This document shows, piece by piece, positions 1 to 12,620 of a DNA stretch of 64,000 bases. The translations under genes and the position numbers were made by a program. The notes below the pieces were generated by a model, which saw only the letters and a program-made list of their open reading frames with translations, ran no database searches and was not told the DNA's origin. Each line of letters opens with the position of its first letter. Within the stretch, counting starts at the first letter, position 1. Location of the stretch: assembly GCA_009602725.1 (NCBI GenBank), contig WELB01000006.1, positions 537,683 through 601,682 of the forward strand. The letters run 5' to 3'. This DNA comes from Spirogloea muscicola. Lineage: Eukaryota.

Positions 1-1637
1 CCGCGCCCTCGCCCCCCTGCTGCTGCTCCTCGCCGCCGCCGCCCTCCGCCTCCAGCTCGCCGGTCCGCCCTCCGCCCCTGCCGCCTTCCCAGCGCGCCTC
101 CCTCTGCTCTGCCCGCCGAGGCCGCCTGGCCCGTCGCCGCTCGCCTGCGCCGCGCCCCTGCGTGCTGTTCTGCTCTCGGCTCACGCTGCCCAGCGGCACC
201 ACCGGCCGACGGGCTTGTCAGCTCCGACCACGAGGCAATGGCAGAGTGCGCTGGCACAGGGTGTCCTGCAATCACAGTTGCTGAAGCCCAACACTTCTGG
301 GCTGCACCAAGCCATGCACTTAACAATCCGCTTACTTCTCTCACCTATGCACTGCAGAGGCGGACGCCAATGTCAACTGGTTCCTCGGAGCCTCGACGAA
401 GGACCTCAGCCCCACCATCAAGGTTGGCGAGAAGGTCACCTGGACTTGGTCCGACACTAAGCCCCACGCAGTCCAAGGTGTGCCGACGCTTACTCACAGC
501 ACAAACGATGCATGACAGACCTGCGATTTACTCTGTGCAGTCTTAGAGCAGATTGCGGTCACACTGCCGAAGTCCACTCGACGGGCAGGTCGTAGTTCCA
601 TTGCCTTTGCAGGCAGGCTAGCTGCACTTGCTTTTCTGCCCCTCCCAGGCATTGGCCATGCGTGAAAACATCAATATCACATCCTGAGCTTGCAAGCGCA
701 ATGCTCATATCAAAATGGTTAGAGGAAACGGTTGTCCTGTCAGTCCCGAGATCAGAGCAGCTAAGAAGCTCCGCTTCGTTAATTTGCATGCACAGAGGTG
801 GGCCTAGATCTTATTGCATCAAAAATATTGACATGACTTGCAGTGTGCAGCAGCAGCTGGCCTTACGACTGCCATGCGTCTGAGTAGGTGGGACTTGCAA
901 ATAGTGCACTGCTACATGTTCTGACAGGGTCTTCTTGTGCACTGGTTCCGTCACGGCACCCTGACAGACAAATCTGGAAAAGTCACTTATACTGGATCTG
1001 GAAGTGCACCGAACTTCGTCACTCAGATGGGCTTCAAATACTCGCATACGTTCACAACCGCTGGGTCTTTCTCTTACAATTGCTTTATTCACCAAGATGC
1101 CATGGCTGGAACTATCACTGTCCAAGGTACTCTCGAATCCCTTCTGTACATGTTCCACAGAAACCATGGCCAATTCTAGCACAACACTGACTACATTCTT
1201 GTTGACTTTGTGCCCATGATACTACATGCTGCTTGCTGAGCGACTTCAATCACCAACGATTGCAGCATAATACGTGTGTACCATGCTATACTTGAAACAA
1301 GTACAAAGTGAAACTCCCTAAGCATGTGGATGCTTTCAAATTGGTCGGCTGTTCATGGCAATCAGGTCAAGGGGCAGCTTCTCCACCTCCATCGGCAGGC
1401 AAGGTCCCGCCACCAGCTATTAAGAAGACCCCTCCTCCAGCTGTCAAGAAGAGCCCCCCTCCAGCCGTAAAGAAGAGCCCCCCTCCTGCCAACAACGGGT
1501 ATAGCTATCCTCCTCCACCTGAAGACGACGATGAGCACTATCCGCCTCCTTCACACAAGAAAGGCCATCACTCAACTGGTGGACACCACAGTAAGGCCAA
1601 GGGCCACCACCCCCCTGGTAGTGGTGGACACCACTGA
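1..1637 (+). CDS. Secreted blue-copper (cupredoxin) domain protein with extensin-like Pro/Lys-rich tail; 5'-partial
   Basis: Phase-consistent exons ~<1-62 (signal-peptide-like RALAPLLLLLAAAALRLQLA), 358-477 (TIKVGEKVTWTWSDTKPHAVQ), 968-1126 (YSHTFTTAGSFSYNCFIHQDAMAGTITVQ) and ~1366-1637 (KKSPPPAV repeats, His-rich end). Type-1 Cu ligands H...C-x2-H-x3-M are present. Confidence 0.8.
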
Positions 1638-2518
1638 GTTAAGAGCTGTTCTACCGAAGTGAGCGATGGCTGTGAGAGGCCAGCCTTTAAGGGGATGGAC
1701 AGGGCTCAAAGGGGCCCGATAGCACAACATGGGAAGATGGAAGTTCCTGAAGAGGGGCAGTCGAAGACTCAAGTGCGGGCAAATGCATCCCTGACTTCAG
1801 TAGAAGCATGTTCCTACTGTACATCAGCTGCACTACTGTGACATTGCAATATATGATTAGTGTGATGTGAATCTTTGCCTCCTGTCACCACACCTCCTGG
1901 CCTTGAAGCATAAGCATTGGTGTAAGGCAAGTCCACAGAGCTCTCAGTCCTCTAAATCCACTAGCAATCTGAACGGGCCACATTGTCTCCTGACGTTGCT
2001 ACATTTGCCAAAAGCTAGTAGCAGGACCACCCTGAATAACGGGTGCAGTCAGCTTTTCTTGGTCCTAGTTGCTGCCTTCCCCAGCAGAATCTGCTTCCCG
2101 AACAATCTGCACCGAAGAAAGTTTTAATAACAACAGCTCCATGTACTTAAGATGGCGGATGTGAGAGACATTCAAATTTTAGCGAAGTCCTTGAGAGCGA
2201 TTCCGTCATTGTTGACTTTGTAGGGCTACAATGTACCACCTTACCCCCTCTTAATTAGTGTGTTGTGCAATAGCAAGATTGGCCAGACACATAAGTGGAT
2301 GATACTAGTAAGTGCTACTTGTGCTGGTGGGACCCACCTTCAAGCTTAGAGCTTCATCACCTATCCACCAACAGCAGTCCCGAGAAACATATGTATTTGA
2401 CATGCTTGAAAAGGCCTGTATGGTCTGGGCAAGATTTTCTGTGCGAGTGTCACTTGATGTCCAAGAACGTACAGGACATAGTTAAACATTTGTGTGATAG
2501 AATCTTAGAAAGGACACG

Positions 2519-3567
2519 TTGGCAGCTCTTGCCCACGACCAATTGTTGCATACATTGTCTTTCTCCACGGCGCTGGGGCTTTTGCCTCCAGCCGACCTCC
2601 GGGGGCGCGCGCGACTGCTCTCGGCGTCCTCACCAGGGGCGGCTGCTTGGCTGTCGGCTCTGCCGATCCACGACGCGCTCCGGATGCCGGACGCCGCATT
2701 CCGAACGGCGGTGCACCGCCTCCTCGGCCTCCACCCACCATGCCTAGGTGGAGTACAACAGTGCGAGTGCGGCGAGCGCAGCCCGGACGCGGCGTCACTG
2801 GCAGCTCACATGCTCCGATGCGCACGGGGAGGGGAGCGGACCGGCACACACGACCTGCTCCGGAACGCGATGTTTGGCATATTTGTCGAAGCCGGTTACA
2901 CTGTGGCGCTGGAGAACTCCAGCATCATGCCTCTGACTGCTGGGGCGGACGGCCGCCTCCACACCCGGCGCGCCGATCTCGTCGCTAGCGCGCTCGGCGG
3001 GGGGCCTCGGCTCATTGCCGACGTCGTCACAACGGACTCCTTGGATTCCAGGAGCGCAACACGCTCGGCGGAGGAGGCGGGCTACGCCGTCCGCCAAGCG
3101 GCCGCCGCAAAGGAGCGCAAGTACTCAGATCACCCGGTAGGCGACGAGTTTATCCCACTCGCCGTCGACGTACACGGCGCCTTTGGCGCCAAATGGCTGG
3201 ACCTCCTTCACCGCCTTGCGCGGCGAGCAGCGGCCCGCCGCGACGGGCAGCAAGGCGAGCAGCCTGGCTTCCATGTCGCCGGGTCCCTCGCCCAAGTTTA
3301 CCGGATGCGCCTGGCCGTCTCTTTGCAGCGGTCCCTAGCTTTTGCGGTCCACTTGCGCGCAGGCCGCGCTCTGGCGGCGGCCTCCGGCTTCCGTCAGGGC
3401 GACGTCTTTCCGCCTGCTAGCTACTCAGATTTGCATCTACTGACGAGAGGTTACTGAGAGTTCGCTTACTGCTGTCTCAGTCCTTAGCACTCCGACTCCT
3501 TCAGACCTTGTCCATTCTTTTGGGCTGGCCTCTCCCAGCCACCAGTTAATCTGGCCGCGCTTGCTTC
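2519..3567 (+). mobile_element. 5'-truncated RLE-type (CRE-like) non-LTR retrotransposon; open 312-codon C-terminal ORF plus 3' tail
   Basis: AWLSALP..LRMPDAAFRTA..LLGL, zinc knuckle CECG..HMLRC, THD, RRADLV..IADV (PD..D-like), KERKY, FIPLAVDVHGAFG, RLAVSLQR. No ATG start and no RT domain. Followed by the shared GGGCTGG..CAGCC tail. Confidence 0.8.
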
Positions 3568-3879
3568 GATCATTCTGCAGAAAGAAGGCGCGCGCGGTCG
3601 CATGAAATCAGGAGGGCAACAGAAGAAAGAGGGGACAGATGGGGTGATTCACCCAGATGATGCAAGCGCGGCCAGATTAATTGATAAAGGGTGCGCTGAG
3701 GAGCTGGCGGGGCGGGCGCGCCACGGCGGCGGGGGGGGGCGAGACCAGCGCCGCCCCGGGCGAGCACGTGGGCGCGAATATTCGCTCCCCGGCGGGCCCC
3801 GCAGGCCAGCCGCTCACACACCCCCCCCTTCCCCACTCTCACCCCCTAACCCCCACCCCCACCTGGTCACCGACGCAGC

Positions 3880-4232
3880 GGAGCTTGGCCACCAAGGCTG
3901 CCCCTCCCGCCGCCGGTTCGCTCGCACACTTCTTCCGCATGCGCCTGGCCGTATCGCTTCAACGCTCCCTTGCCCACGCCGTCCACACGCAAGCAGGCCG
4001 TGCTATGGCTGCCGCCTCTGGGTCTCGGCGGAGTGCCTCTTTCCCTGCAGCGAGCTACTCAGACCTGATGTTGCTCACTCGTGGTACTGAGCTTCCCTCT
4101 GAATCGTTTCTGTGTTCTGCAGTGTTTTGAAGTGTAGTCCTTTCTCCGGCTCCTCTTTCTTTGGCTTTGGACATTGTCTTTTTTGGGCTGGCTTTGCCAG
4201 CCCCTCTTCTCTATGGGCGCGCACTTTTTTTG
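3880..4232 (+). mobile_element. RLE retroelement 3' fragment (subfamily B)
   Basis: Encodes AGSLAHFFRMRLAVSLQRSLAHAVH..YSDLMLLTRG, homologous to the end of the 2519-3457 ORF. Near-identical stretches occur at 14178-14292, 15332-15520 (-) and 38021-38140. Confidence 0.8.
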
Positions 4233-4738
4233 TTTCCCCCGTCTCGATTCGATCGTGGGCTGGCCCTTCCACTGCCATCGCCTCCCGTTGGATACGCCGC
4301 TTCTTCATCTGGGCCCGTCTGTCCACCACCATTTCCAAGTTATCTGGCCAGCTCGGCCACCGCCCGTGCCCTCCGGCCGCTGCCGCCACTGCCGTACACG
4401 GCTTGCTCTGCACCCTCGCCTCCATTGCCCCGTCGTTCGCCACCCTTCACTCTTTGCTGCCGCTGGCTCGCCGTCGGGCCAGCGCTTCGCCGCCGAGGTG
4501 CGCCTGCATTGCTACGTGAACGCTCCCCTGCTGGCCCGCAGGCTGCCCACTCAAGCGGGCCGCCCAACCGGTCAGCCGGGCTGCCTGGCGGCCGGCCTAG
4601 ACCTCGTGTGCAGCGCAGCCCCTTTCTGGCTGGTGGGAGCCTCTCTCCCGGCCTGCAGTCTGTCGTTTCTCACCTGGCTCTTTGGTCCTGAGCAGGCTGC
4701 AGCAGTGACACACTGCCAGCTCCCCAGGAGCCCATAAG

Positions 4739-6476
4739 ATGGCCACGCGGGCCTTTGCTCTGGCGGCCCTCTTGGTTGCTTGCTCTTGCCTCTCCACCAT
4801 CAACGCTCAACGATATTTGGTCATTGGCGATGACCAGTACCACACGGAGCCCTGGTCGCAGCTCTACATCAACTACACTCTCTGGGCTCAGAAGCACCCA
4901 TTGTACGCCGGTGACGTTGTTGGTGAGAGCCGCTGGCTTTACTTGACTCCCTACGCTGTTCACGTACACTCATTGCGATGACATGGAGCTGGTGCTGGTT
5001 TGCAGACCTGCTTCTCGGGTTCGGTTCGGTTGTTGGGTCTCACTGCTTTGTGTGACGTCATTGGCATGCTAAGCAGCTCTCTGAGTAGGAGTCTAGGAAT
5101 GCCAAGCTGGTCTCAGAGCTCAACAGCTCGTTCAGCTAGTAGTCTGTACTTCCCAAGAGGCAGTGATATCTGAGAGCTTGACACGGGCAGAGCGGCCTCC
5201 AACTTTCTAAAGCAACAGACACACATGTCCACTGCAAGCACTGAGTCTGTACAATAGGATTGCAAGCACATAAAAGCTTTATATCTGAGATGCACTCATT
5301 TGGAGAGTTGCCAGCTTCCTGACATTCATATTGTCTTGCAACGTCCTTTGGCATTCACTTACCTACATATTGGTGCAACAGTTTTCAAATATTTGTAAGC
5401 AACCTACAAATTGACCCAGTCCTTACTTGCTGGTCCAGCTACGGCATTTGTGAGGCGCTCTGTATCTCTGTCGACGTTCAAAATTGCCTTGTAGCAGATG
5501 ATTGATGCATGTCAACGACACACTTAGGGTTTAGGCCCTTCAGAAGAGCATTCAAGCTGTCTCTTGAGCGGTCATGCAATAATTACTAGCTTGCTGTTAT
5601 GTCACTGACAAATGTCAATTGGACACGTTGTGTGCCATTTCAGCCAAGACCAGCACAATGTCTGGCAAATGTCAAATCAGAAGGCGTGGAAGAAGTGTGA
5701 CTTCTCAAGAGCCTTCTTAGTAGCAGATGGAAGTGCCGGAGTGGGAACGGGGTTTTGGGTGACTGTTCTTAGTACTCCCCAGTATTTTGCAGACGGCACC
5801 TTTGGCTACTGTGAGCTTGGCCAAAAGGTAAAGAATGGCTGCCATTACCACTGTCGCTTTGGACATTTACATGTTGCTGCCAAGGAATCCTGCAGATACT
5901 CAGCTGCTCTGATATTAGCAGTTGAGGTAAAAGTGAAGTTGATGCACTACTGACCATCCTGAAGCCAACCTCTGTGAGATTGAGATTTGCAGATCATAAT
6001 AAAGGCAACTCTGGGGCCACTGCCAACGAAGTATAAGAACATTCCTGTGCCTGCTGCAGTCTATCCCAAGCACAGGGCTCCACCACCACGTAAGAGCCCT
6101 CTGGAGATGCTCCACTGGCCACTATGTATAGCCAACCATCTGCATGACACTTTCACATGCCAGTCTAGTGAAAGCAACCACTAATACCCTAGGGCAAGTC
6201 CATAGTCTCAAATGCTTTCAGACTCATAATCATTACATACAGAGAATACAGCGTCACATTGCGCCGCTGTTATACCATTTGCTTGCCCTTGTCTCTTCAA
6301 TCTGATGTATATAAGTCAATCTTTTAGTTGCACATTGATGCATCACTATTGTATGAATCTTTACAGAAAGGCTTTCACTTTGACTCTATTGTGCAGCTAA
6401 GCGTAAGAGTACGGCCAAGAGACCTCCTCCGCCAGCAAAGAAGGTCAAGGTCAAGACAAAGACGCATGGCCAATAG
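4739..6476 (+). CDS. Phytocyanin / early-nodulin-like protein with basic Pro-rich tail
   Basis: Exons 4739-4922 (signal peptide, IGDD..W..NYTLWA..LYAGDV), 5382-5394 (VFKY), 5644-5827 (HNVWQM..CDF..YFADGTFGYCELGQK), 5993-6089 and 6397-6476. All phases are consistent. Confidence 0.85.
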
Positions 6477-7482
6477 GAACACCTTCAGATGGCCTGTAGG
6501 CGAGTGTTGAGGCTACACCTGCCTGTTTGCTGCTCTGTATCAAGCCTTTGACCAAGTGCTAGGTCAGCTTGGTTAGCCTCTTATCAAAGAGAGAAGGCGC
6601 GCGGTGCGCATGAAATTGAAAGGAAGGCCAATTCTAGCCTTACAATTGTCCTGTTAACTGGGTAATGAGCTGGCTAAGGGGGACACTACTATCCCCGAGT
6701 GAGCACATGCATATCTGACATGCTATACTGAGGCGCCAAACCACCACCACGGAAGAAACTTATCAAAAGGACAAGTCACAGGAGGCTGGAATGAGCTGCA
6801 AGCATGTGCAAAATTTCCTGAGCCTGAAGCAAGGCGTGGGGCTGCTGTCTTCAAGCAGTTCAGATTATCGGGCACAGTAGCACATTCATATGCTATGCCG
6901 ACGCAGCAGCTGACTTTACCTGCTACACTCTGCTATGAAAGACACTGACGGCCAGATTATGCCTTAGATGTTTAGCGATGACAGCAATTTGAAGGTGGCA
7001 TACCTGGCCAAAAGGGCCACTAATGAATGCCATGCTAGAGGCTAGAGGTGCCCTGCCAGCCACCAGCTGGTGGAGAAGGAAAGACAGGGTAGCGATACAG
7101 AAGCAGCATGGCATGAGCATTGGGTGAAACAGCCGATCCTCCTTCTGCTGAAATTGATGAAGGAGAGCAGGCAAAGAGGGGCTGCCTGTGGATTGTAGAA
7201 AGCAGCAGAAGTTTACTGTTCGATTCTAAAAGGTGCCGAAAGTTGCCAGGCTGAGATGGATGCGAGTTTGAGGTGGGCCATATCTGTTGCTCCAGTGGGA
7301 AGCTAGCTGGCCGACTCTCACTTGTGTGTGAGGTCAGGTACAACAGTTGGCTTGCCGCTGGGACACTCTCGTGCAACCCGTTTCCGCAGCTGCCTCCAGC
7401 GCATGGTGGAAGGTGCAGGTCAACCAGCCCCAGATGCTACCTAAGAAGAACCGCCACAAGTGAAACATAATTGCTCAGGCTC

Positions 7483-10400
7483 TCAGCTCCCGCCGAACTT
7501 ATTCTGTTCCAGCTTCTTCCCATTGACCCGGGGCGACAGCAAGGTTGGCGATGGGAGGCGAGGGGACAACAGGCGCCGCTCTTCGCTGTTGCTAATAATC
7601 TCTAGTCTGCTTCTACTATCAGAGCGTTGAAGAGAAAGGGGTGTTGCCATGTGCTCTTCGCCTCTCAACTGGGCTAGCAACTCAGCTTTGTCTTCAGCTA
7701 TGTGAGGTAAGGTCTTCGCATATGCGCTTGAGTGACCTCTTCCGTCTAGGTCATCCAAGGCAGTGCCTGACTCGCCGTGATTGTGATGACTCAATCTTCC
7801 TTCCTTCATTTTGTAGAACCTGCTCGGAGTCCGTGTACATTGAGAAACGGAAGGCTAAGAAGCAAGTCAACTGCAGATTAGAAGCAAACTTAGTAGTCAC
7901 AGCTGCAGTTGATAACCAATTGGAGGAACTTGACTTACTTATAGACATTGAAAAGAGAGACGCCAACCATGATAATTATCAGGCCAACAACATTGATTGC
8001 TGTGAATTTGTCATTAAAGACAACATGTGATACCTGCACAAGCCACAGATTCAAAGTCAAACAAGTAAATACCAGACCTGCGTAGCCCAGCTTTCACCAC
8101 ATTGTGCCAATCAAAGCAGATTACCAAGCAAGCATGCCTCTTCTTTCAATGGTGCACAGGACTCAAAATTTGCCATATAAATGGATAGAGTAGACAAGCT
8201 GGCACCAGGATTGTGAGACCCTCCTTCACCACCCCGGCCACTGTGAATGTCACAGCACTTGTCTCAGAGATCAGGAGAAACTCTGACATGATCTGCAAGC
8301 AATGTCAAGTTAAGATAAGCGTTGTAGTGGCTGCATCTTGCATCAGAACTAGACAGGGTCTACAGGCACAATATGAGCGCAAGAGGTGAGGCATGTTTGA
8401 TAAGAATGACGGATATGACATTGATCAAATTATTCAGTGACAACGCACTTGCTCAAGCCCACAAAGTTGGGTAGGACTTACAGTAAAACTTACAGCAAGA
8501 TAGTCATATAGGACAATTTATCATGCATACAAGCAGGCATAATCACAAGTATGCAAGAGCTTCCAGAACTTACCATGCAAAATGCCAAGGACCCTCCAGC
8601 AACCATGATGGCCATACTTATGTATATGTGCCTTGGAGTGTCAAAATAGGGCGTCCTGCCAAGCTTTCCCCAAGGCTCAAAAGCGAACGAGAGGAGCCCC
8701 ATACTTATGGACATGACAGGAGTCAGGTAGTACAGAGTTACAATCGGATTTGACAGACCTACAATGGTGACAGTGATGATGTCATGTCAGTACCGAAGAG
8801 CTGGCCAGCAGGGATGTCAAAAGCGAGCCTACTTCAAAAATATGCAGATGCAGATGGGCAAAAGCATAACAAATCGTAGTATGACAAGATGCGCCAAGCC
8901 CTCATTGCTGTGTGGCTGCAGACAGAACATGTCGCTCACCAAGCTTGTCTTTCTATTTTCCAAATTGTTTGAAAGCACGACCAGAAACAGGGCACAGTGC
9001 AAGTCACAAGAACACATCAGTTTCAAATATTACCGGTACTGATGCTTGTACATAGCAAGTGAGCTCACGCATACAACTAGGAACAGGATAAATTGCTATA
9101 TGAAATCGAATTGCTCATAAATCTGTGACCCACAAGCCTCCGCACATGACTCCCATGCTATGAGGGCAGGGAAATGTGACTAACCTGCAACAAGATTTGA
9201 ATAAGAGCCCACCTAAACCCTGACATTAGTGCGGCCAGCATCACGAGCAGGAAGCCCATCACATGGAACTCTGTCTCGCCAGCAACTGATGCAGAACACA
9301 AGGTTCTGATCAGCAACTCCTAGCCCTCATTCTACTGAAGTGCATCTTGAAGATTGTGACACACTGTCAAACAAGCTGGCCTTGAAAGGTGCAGAGCACT
9401 GCAGCAGAGTCTCAGCTAAATCCTATACTAAGCTATGTCCAGGTAATATCCAGGAGAGTCTCACTATCATCTGCTGTATAATGTTGCGTTCATCTCTACA
9501 CAAAGTCTGAGCCACAAAGGGACGGACTGCAAATCTGATGATTTCATAAGGTGACGTCTGATGTCAAATGAACGGGTAGGAAAGGCAGCTAACCAGTAAA
9601 TAGAACCCCAATGGAAATGACCACTATCACTCCTAAAAGTTTGTAACTTGGTGTTTCCAATCTGGGGGAAGGAATGTCAAAATGTGTGTTAATCAAGCAT
9701 GGTCTTCTCAGCCACTGCACTGTAAAATGTCTGTCACCTCAGTAAGTCCACCAACAGCCTTCTCCACAGCCTCGTCAGGTGTACATGAGATTAGGCCCTC
9801 ACTGGAAAGCGAAGGCGAAGATAAGGAGGAAGACAGGGGCACTGGACTTGCACTGCACATTGCAGGACAGTCGGCATTCACCGAGTTTGTACAAGTACAA
9901 AGATGTGAAAAATTATGCATCTGGTGCTAGCATATTGTATGATGTTTTGTCACAAAGTATATGCCTAGCCTGCTGTGGGTGGACAAAAGACTGACCATGG
10001 TGTAGAATGTCAAAGTGATGAAACCTAAAGAGAGATTGGAGAGACCAATGTCGAGGGCGGTTGAGAGGCTCGTTGGAATGACTGCGTCACACAAGAGAGC
10101 CAGTCCTTTATAAGAGACCCCAACCAGACCATCCACTCGTCAGGTCCTCATGGATTTAACACCACCTAGCAAGCTTGAGTAGGTGATTAGCTCCTAGAAG
10201 CACTTCCAGCTGCCGGTCTTGATTGTCCTCTTGCTCCCAGTAGAGAAGCACTCCAAGCTGCTAGCAACAATTGGAGCCATTTTACGTACTTCGCAGCAGG
10301 TAGTCCTTCCAAGGTATAGGTTCAGCTGGCCCCTCCGAAGAGCAGCAGCAATTAAGGAAAAGACCAGAAATTGCAAACTGCATGGTGAAGTGGATGGTCG

Positions 10401-10819
10401 TCATGAGCAGAGGAGCCGGGAATTTTCCATGCTTTGCTCCAATGAGGAACTTATTGTACCTGCGCTCCAGGAAGAGCTTGCATGAGCAGTCAAGCATCTC
10501 CGCTGTCTTCCTTAGTATGAGGAAGCCTTGTCAGACTTCATGCCACTTGAGGTCTGTCCTGCGCTAACTGGTGTGCATTCACAGGATTACTGAGCCGTCC
10601 CCGCTGAGACGAGCGAGATCCAGTTAGCAGCGGGGCCGCCGCCGCTCTCAGGCGCCGGCGCCTGGACCCGAGTTTGACTCACAGGCTGAGGAGGGTGCTG
10701 AAGAAGAACCACAGGAGGACATACAGCCCGGTCCTGAACGCAGCGACCAGCGACTTGGCGGACGGCGCGTCGGCCACCCTCATCTCCGGCCCCTCCGGGC
10801 CCTCGTGGGCCTCCGACAT
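7483..10819 (-). CDS. Triose-phosphate/nucleotide-sugar transporter family protein (SLC35C2-like)
   Basis: Exons encode GLYVLLWFFFSTLLSL, YNKFLIGAKHGKFPAPLLMTTIHFTMQF, PTSLSTALDIGLSNLSLGFITLTFYTM, ETEFHVMGFLLVMLAALMSGFRW and SETSAVTFTVAGVVKE. The start codon is uncertain. Confidence 0.85.
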
Positions 10820-11639
10820 GTCGCCTCCATTCACATTGCCGTCGCTGCCATGCTATGATGCAGCCGCCGCAGCCGTGACCAGCCGCCGATGGCCCTCCGC
10901 TGGCACGCGCCAAGCAGCAGAGGCAATGGGGCGCAGTCTTGGCACCGCAAGCGGGCAGATCCGCCGGGCCTGTTGGCGCTAGCTCGCTGGCTCGGGGCGG
11001 GTGGGAAGCGGCAGCCGTGGAGGGGGGTGCGGGGGGTGGCCAGGCTTCCGGATTTCTCGTCGTCGCCGTACTTGGAGATGTGCGACAGTCGGCGTGGGAG
11101 CAAGAAGCATGGGACTGGGTCGGCGTGGGAGCGTTGGTCCGGCACCCTCCGCACCAGCTTCAACGAAAGGCAGTGGCTGTGAAAGGCCAGCCCAACAAGA
11201 ATGAACAAGGGCCGAAAGGCGCCACTACCTTCTGCACTAGCTTTTGCGTGCCTGAACGATGTTGGCTAAACCTGGCCACCCTTTCATTTATGCGCACCGC
11301 GCGCCTTCTCTCTCGGCACCCAACCCTTCTCTCACCCAACGTATACAGAGAAATGGCGCCGCTATGCGCATTGGATTAAAGGAGAGAAGGGAGGCCAAGT
11401 CAAGCCAATAAACACATGCAAAAAGGCAAAAAGACTTGGGCTGAGCGAAGGCCAAACCGAAGAGGAGGGGCTGAGGGGGAACAAGCAGCAGCCTTCGCTG
11501 GGGCCACCGTGGAACTACTGCTGCAGGCGCCTGTGATAGTGCAACTTTGAATTGCTCCGATTCGTGGCTGCAATCAAAGGTTATTGACGACCCATTTGGA
11601 GTAGCGCGTTCCGTAGCTGCCTGGTTTGCACATTCCAGC

Positions 11640-12620
11640 CTGGTTTGCACTTACTCACTTTGTCCATTCTTGTTGGTGCTGGCCTGTGAACCGCCCTATT
11701 GTAATAGCGTCTTCCTTTGCAGAGCTGTTTCTACTTTCTTTTCACGGGCCTCGCCCCCTTTGGAAGAGCTGCAGTATCTTTCACAGCCCTCGCCCCATTT
11801 GGAAGAGCTGCTTCTTCTACAGTACTCGTCCCTTTGGAGGAGCTGCATCTTTCTTGTTAAAGCAATGGCCCCCTTCTACAAAGAGCTTATTGTCAAATCC
11901 ATCGCCCCCTCTAGTAGAGCTTCTTCTCTCATTTGGGCTAGCCATTCACAGCCCTCGGCCCCTGGAAAGAAAGCCGTGGAAAGAAGCCGTATCCCGAGTG
12001 CGGCCTTATTGCAGGCCTCAGCTAGGAGAGCTCACTCCCTTCAGCGCAGGCCGCCAGCTTCGATGATCACTCAATCTCTTCCTGAAAGAGGGTAAGTGAT
12101 CAGGTGATAGTCAGGAAAAAGTTGCTCTTCCAAAGGGGGCGAGGGCTGTAAGAAGCCAGCCCGAAAAGAATTGGCAAGGTTCAAAGGGGCCGAAAAGCGC
12201 CGAGACACATGACTACGAGGAGTGAGCTCTTCCAAAGGGAATATCTTGTATTTGAAACGAACGAAGGCCAAATGGCCAAGTACAAAGGCAAGCACATCTT
12301 AAGACCTACATAAGCTACAGTAGATTGACCCGCTCAGTAACCACGGGTCAAAGGGGGCGGGGGCTGTGGCCAGCCCAGAAAGATTGAACAAGGTCGAAAG
12401 GGCGAAAGGCGTCAAAAATCACACAGCTATGCAAGAGACTACAGCGAATGGGAGGTTAGTAACCCGAGTTAGCAGCAGGTCAGAGTAAATTGCAGCAGGA
12501 AAAGCGGCAACCCAACGAGACCCAGAAGCAGCTGCTAGTGCGCGGCGTACCTGCAAGTGCACTGCGTGAGCCTGGGACCATTGAAAAGGATATGGATAGC
12601 CGCAAGAGAAGACCTGGGCA
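11640..12620. repeat. Cluster of RLE-element 3' tails in both orientations, with a tandem tail array and a decayed ORF end
   Basis: Repeated CAGCCCTCGCCCC-TTTGGAAGAGCTGC units at 11740-11930. Minus-strand tails at ~12115-12190 and ~12350-12395. The minus strand at 12460-12620 encodes HAVHLQVRRALAAASGSRWVAAFPAAIYSDLLLTR. Confidence 0.75.

Noticed and set aside
2519..3457. Stand-alone or domesticated nuclease gene
   Set aside because: It has no ATG or evident upstream exon and is co-terminal with many shorter 5'-truncated copies, so truncation explains it better. It is not fully excluded without RNA data.
11740..11975. CRISPR-like array
   Set aside because: Repeats are degenerate, spacers are short and non-unique, there are no cas genes, the context is eukaryotic, and the units match retroelement tails.
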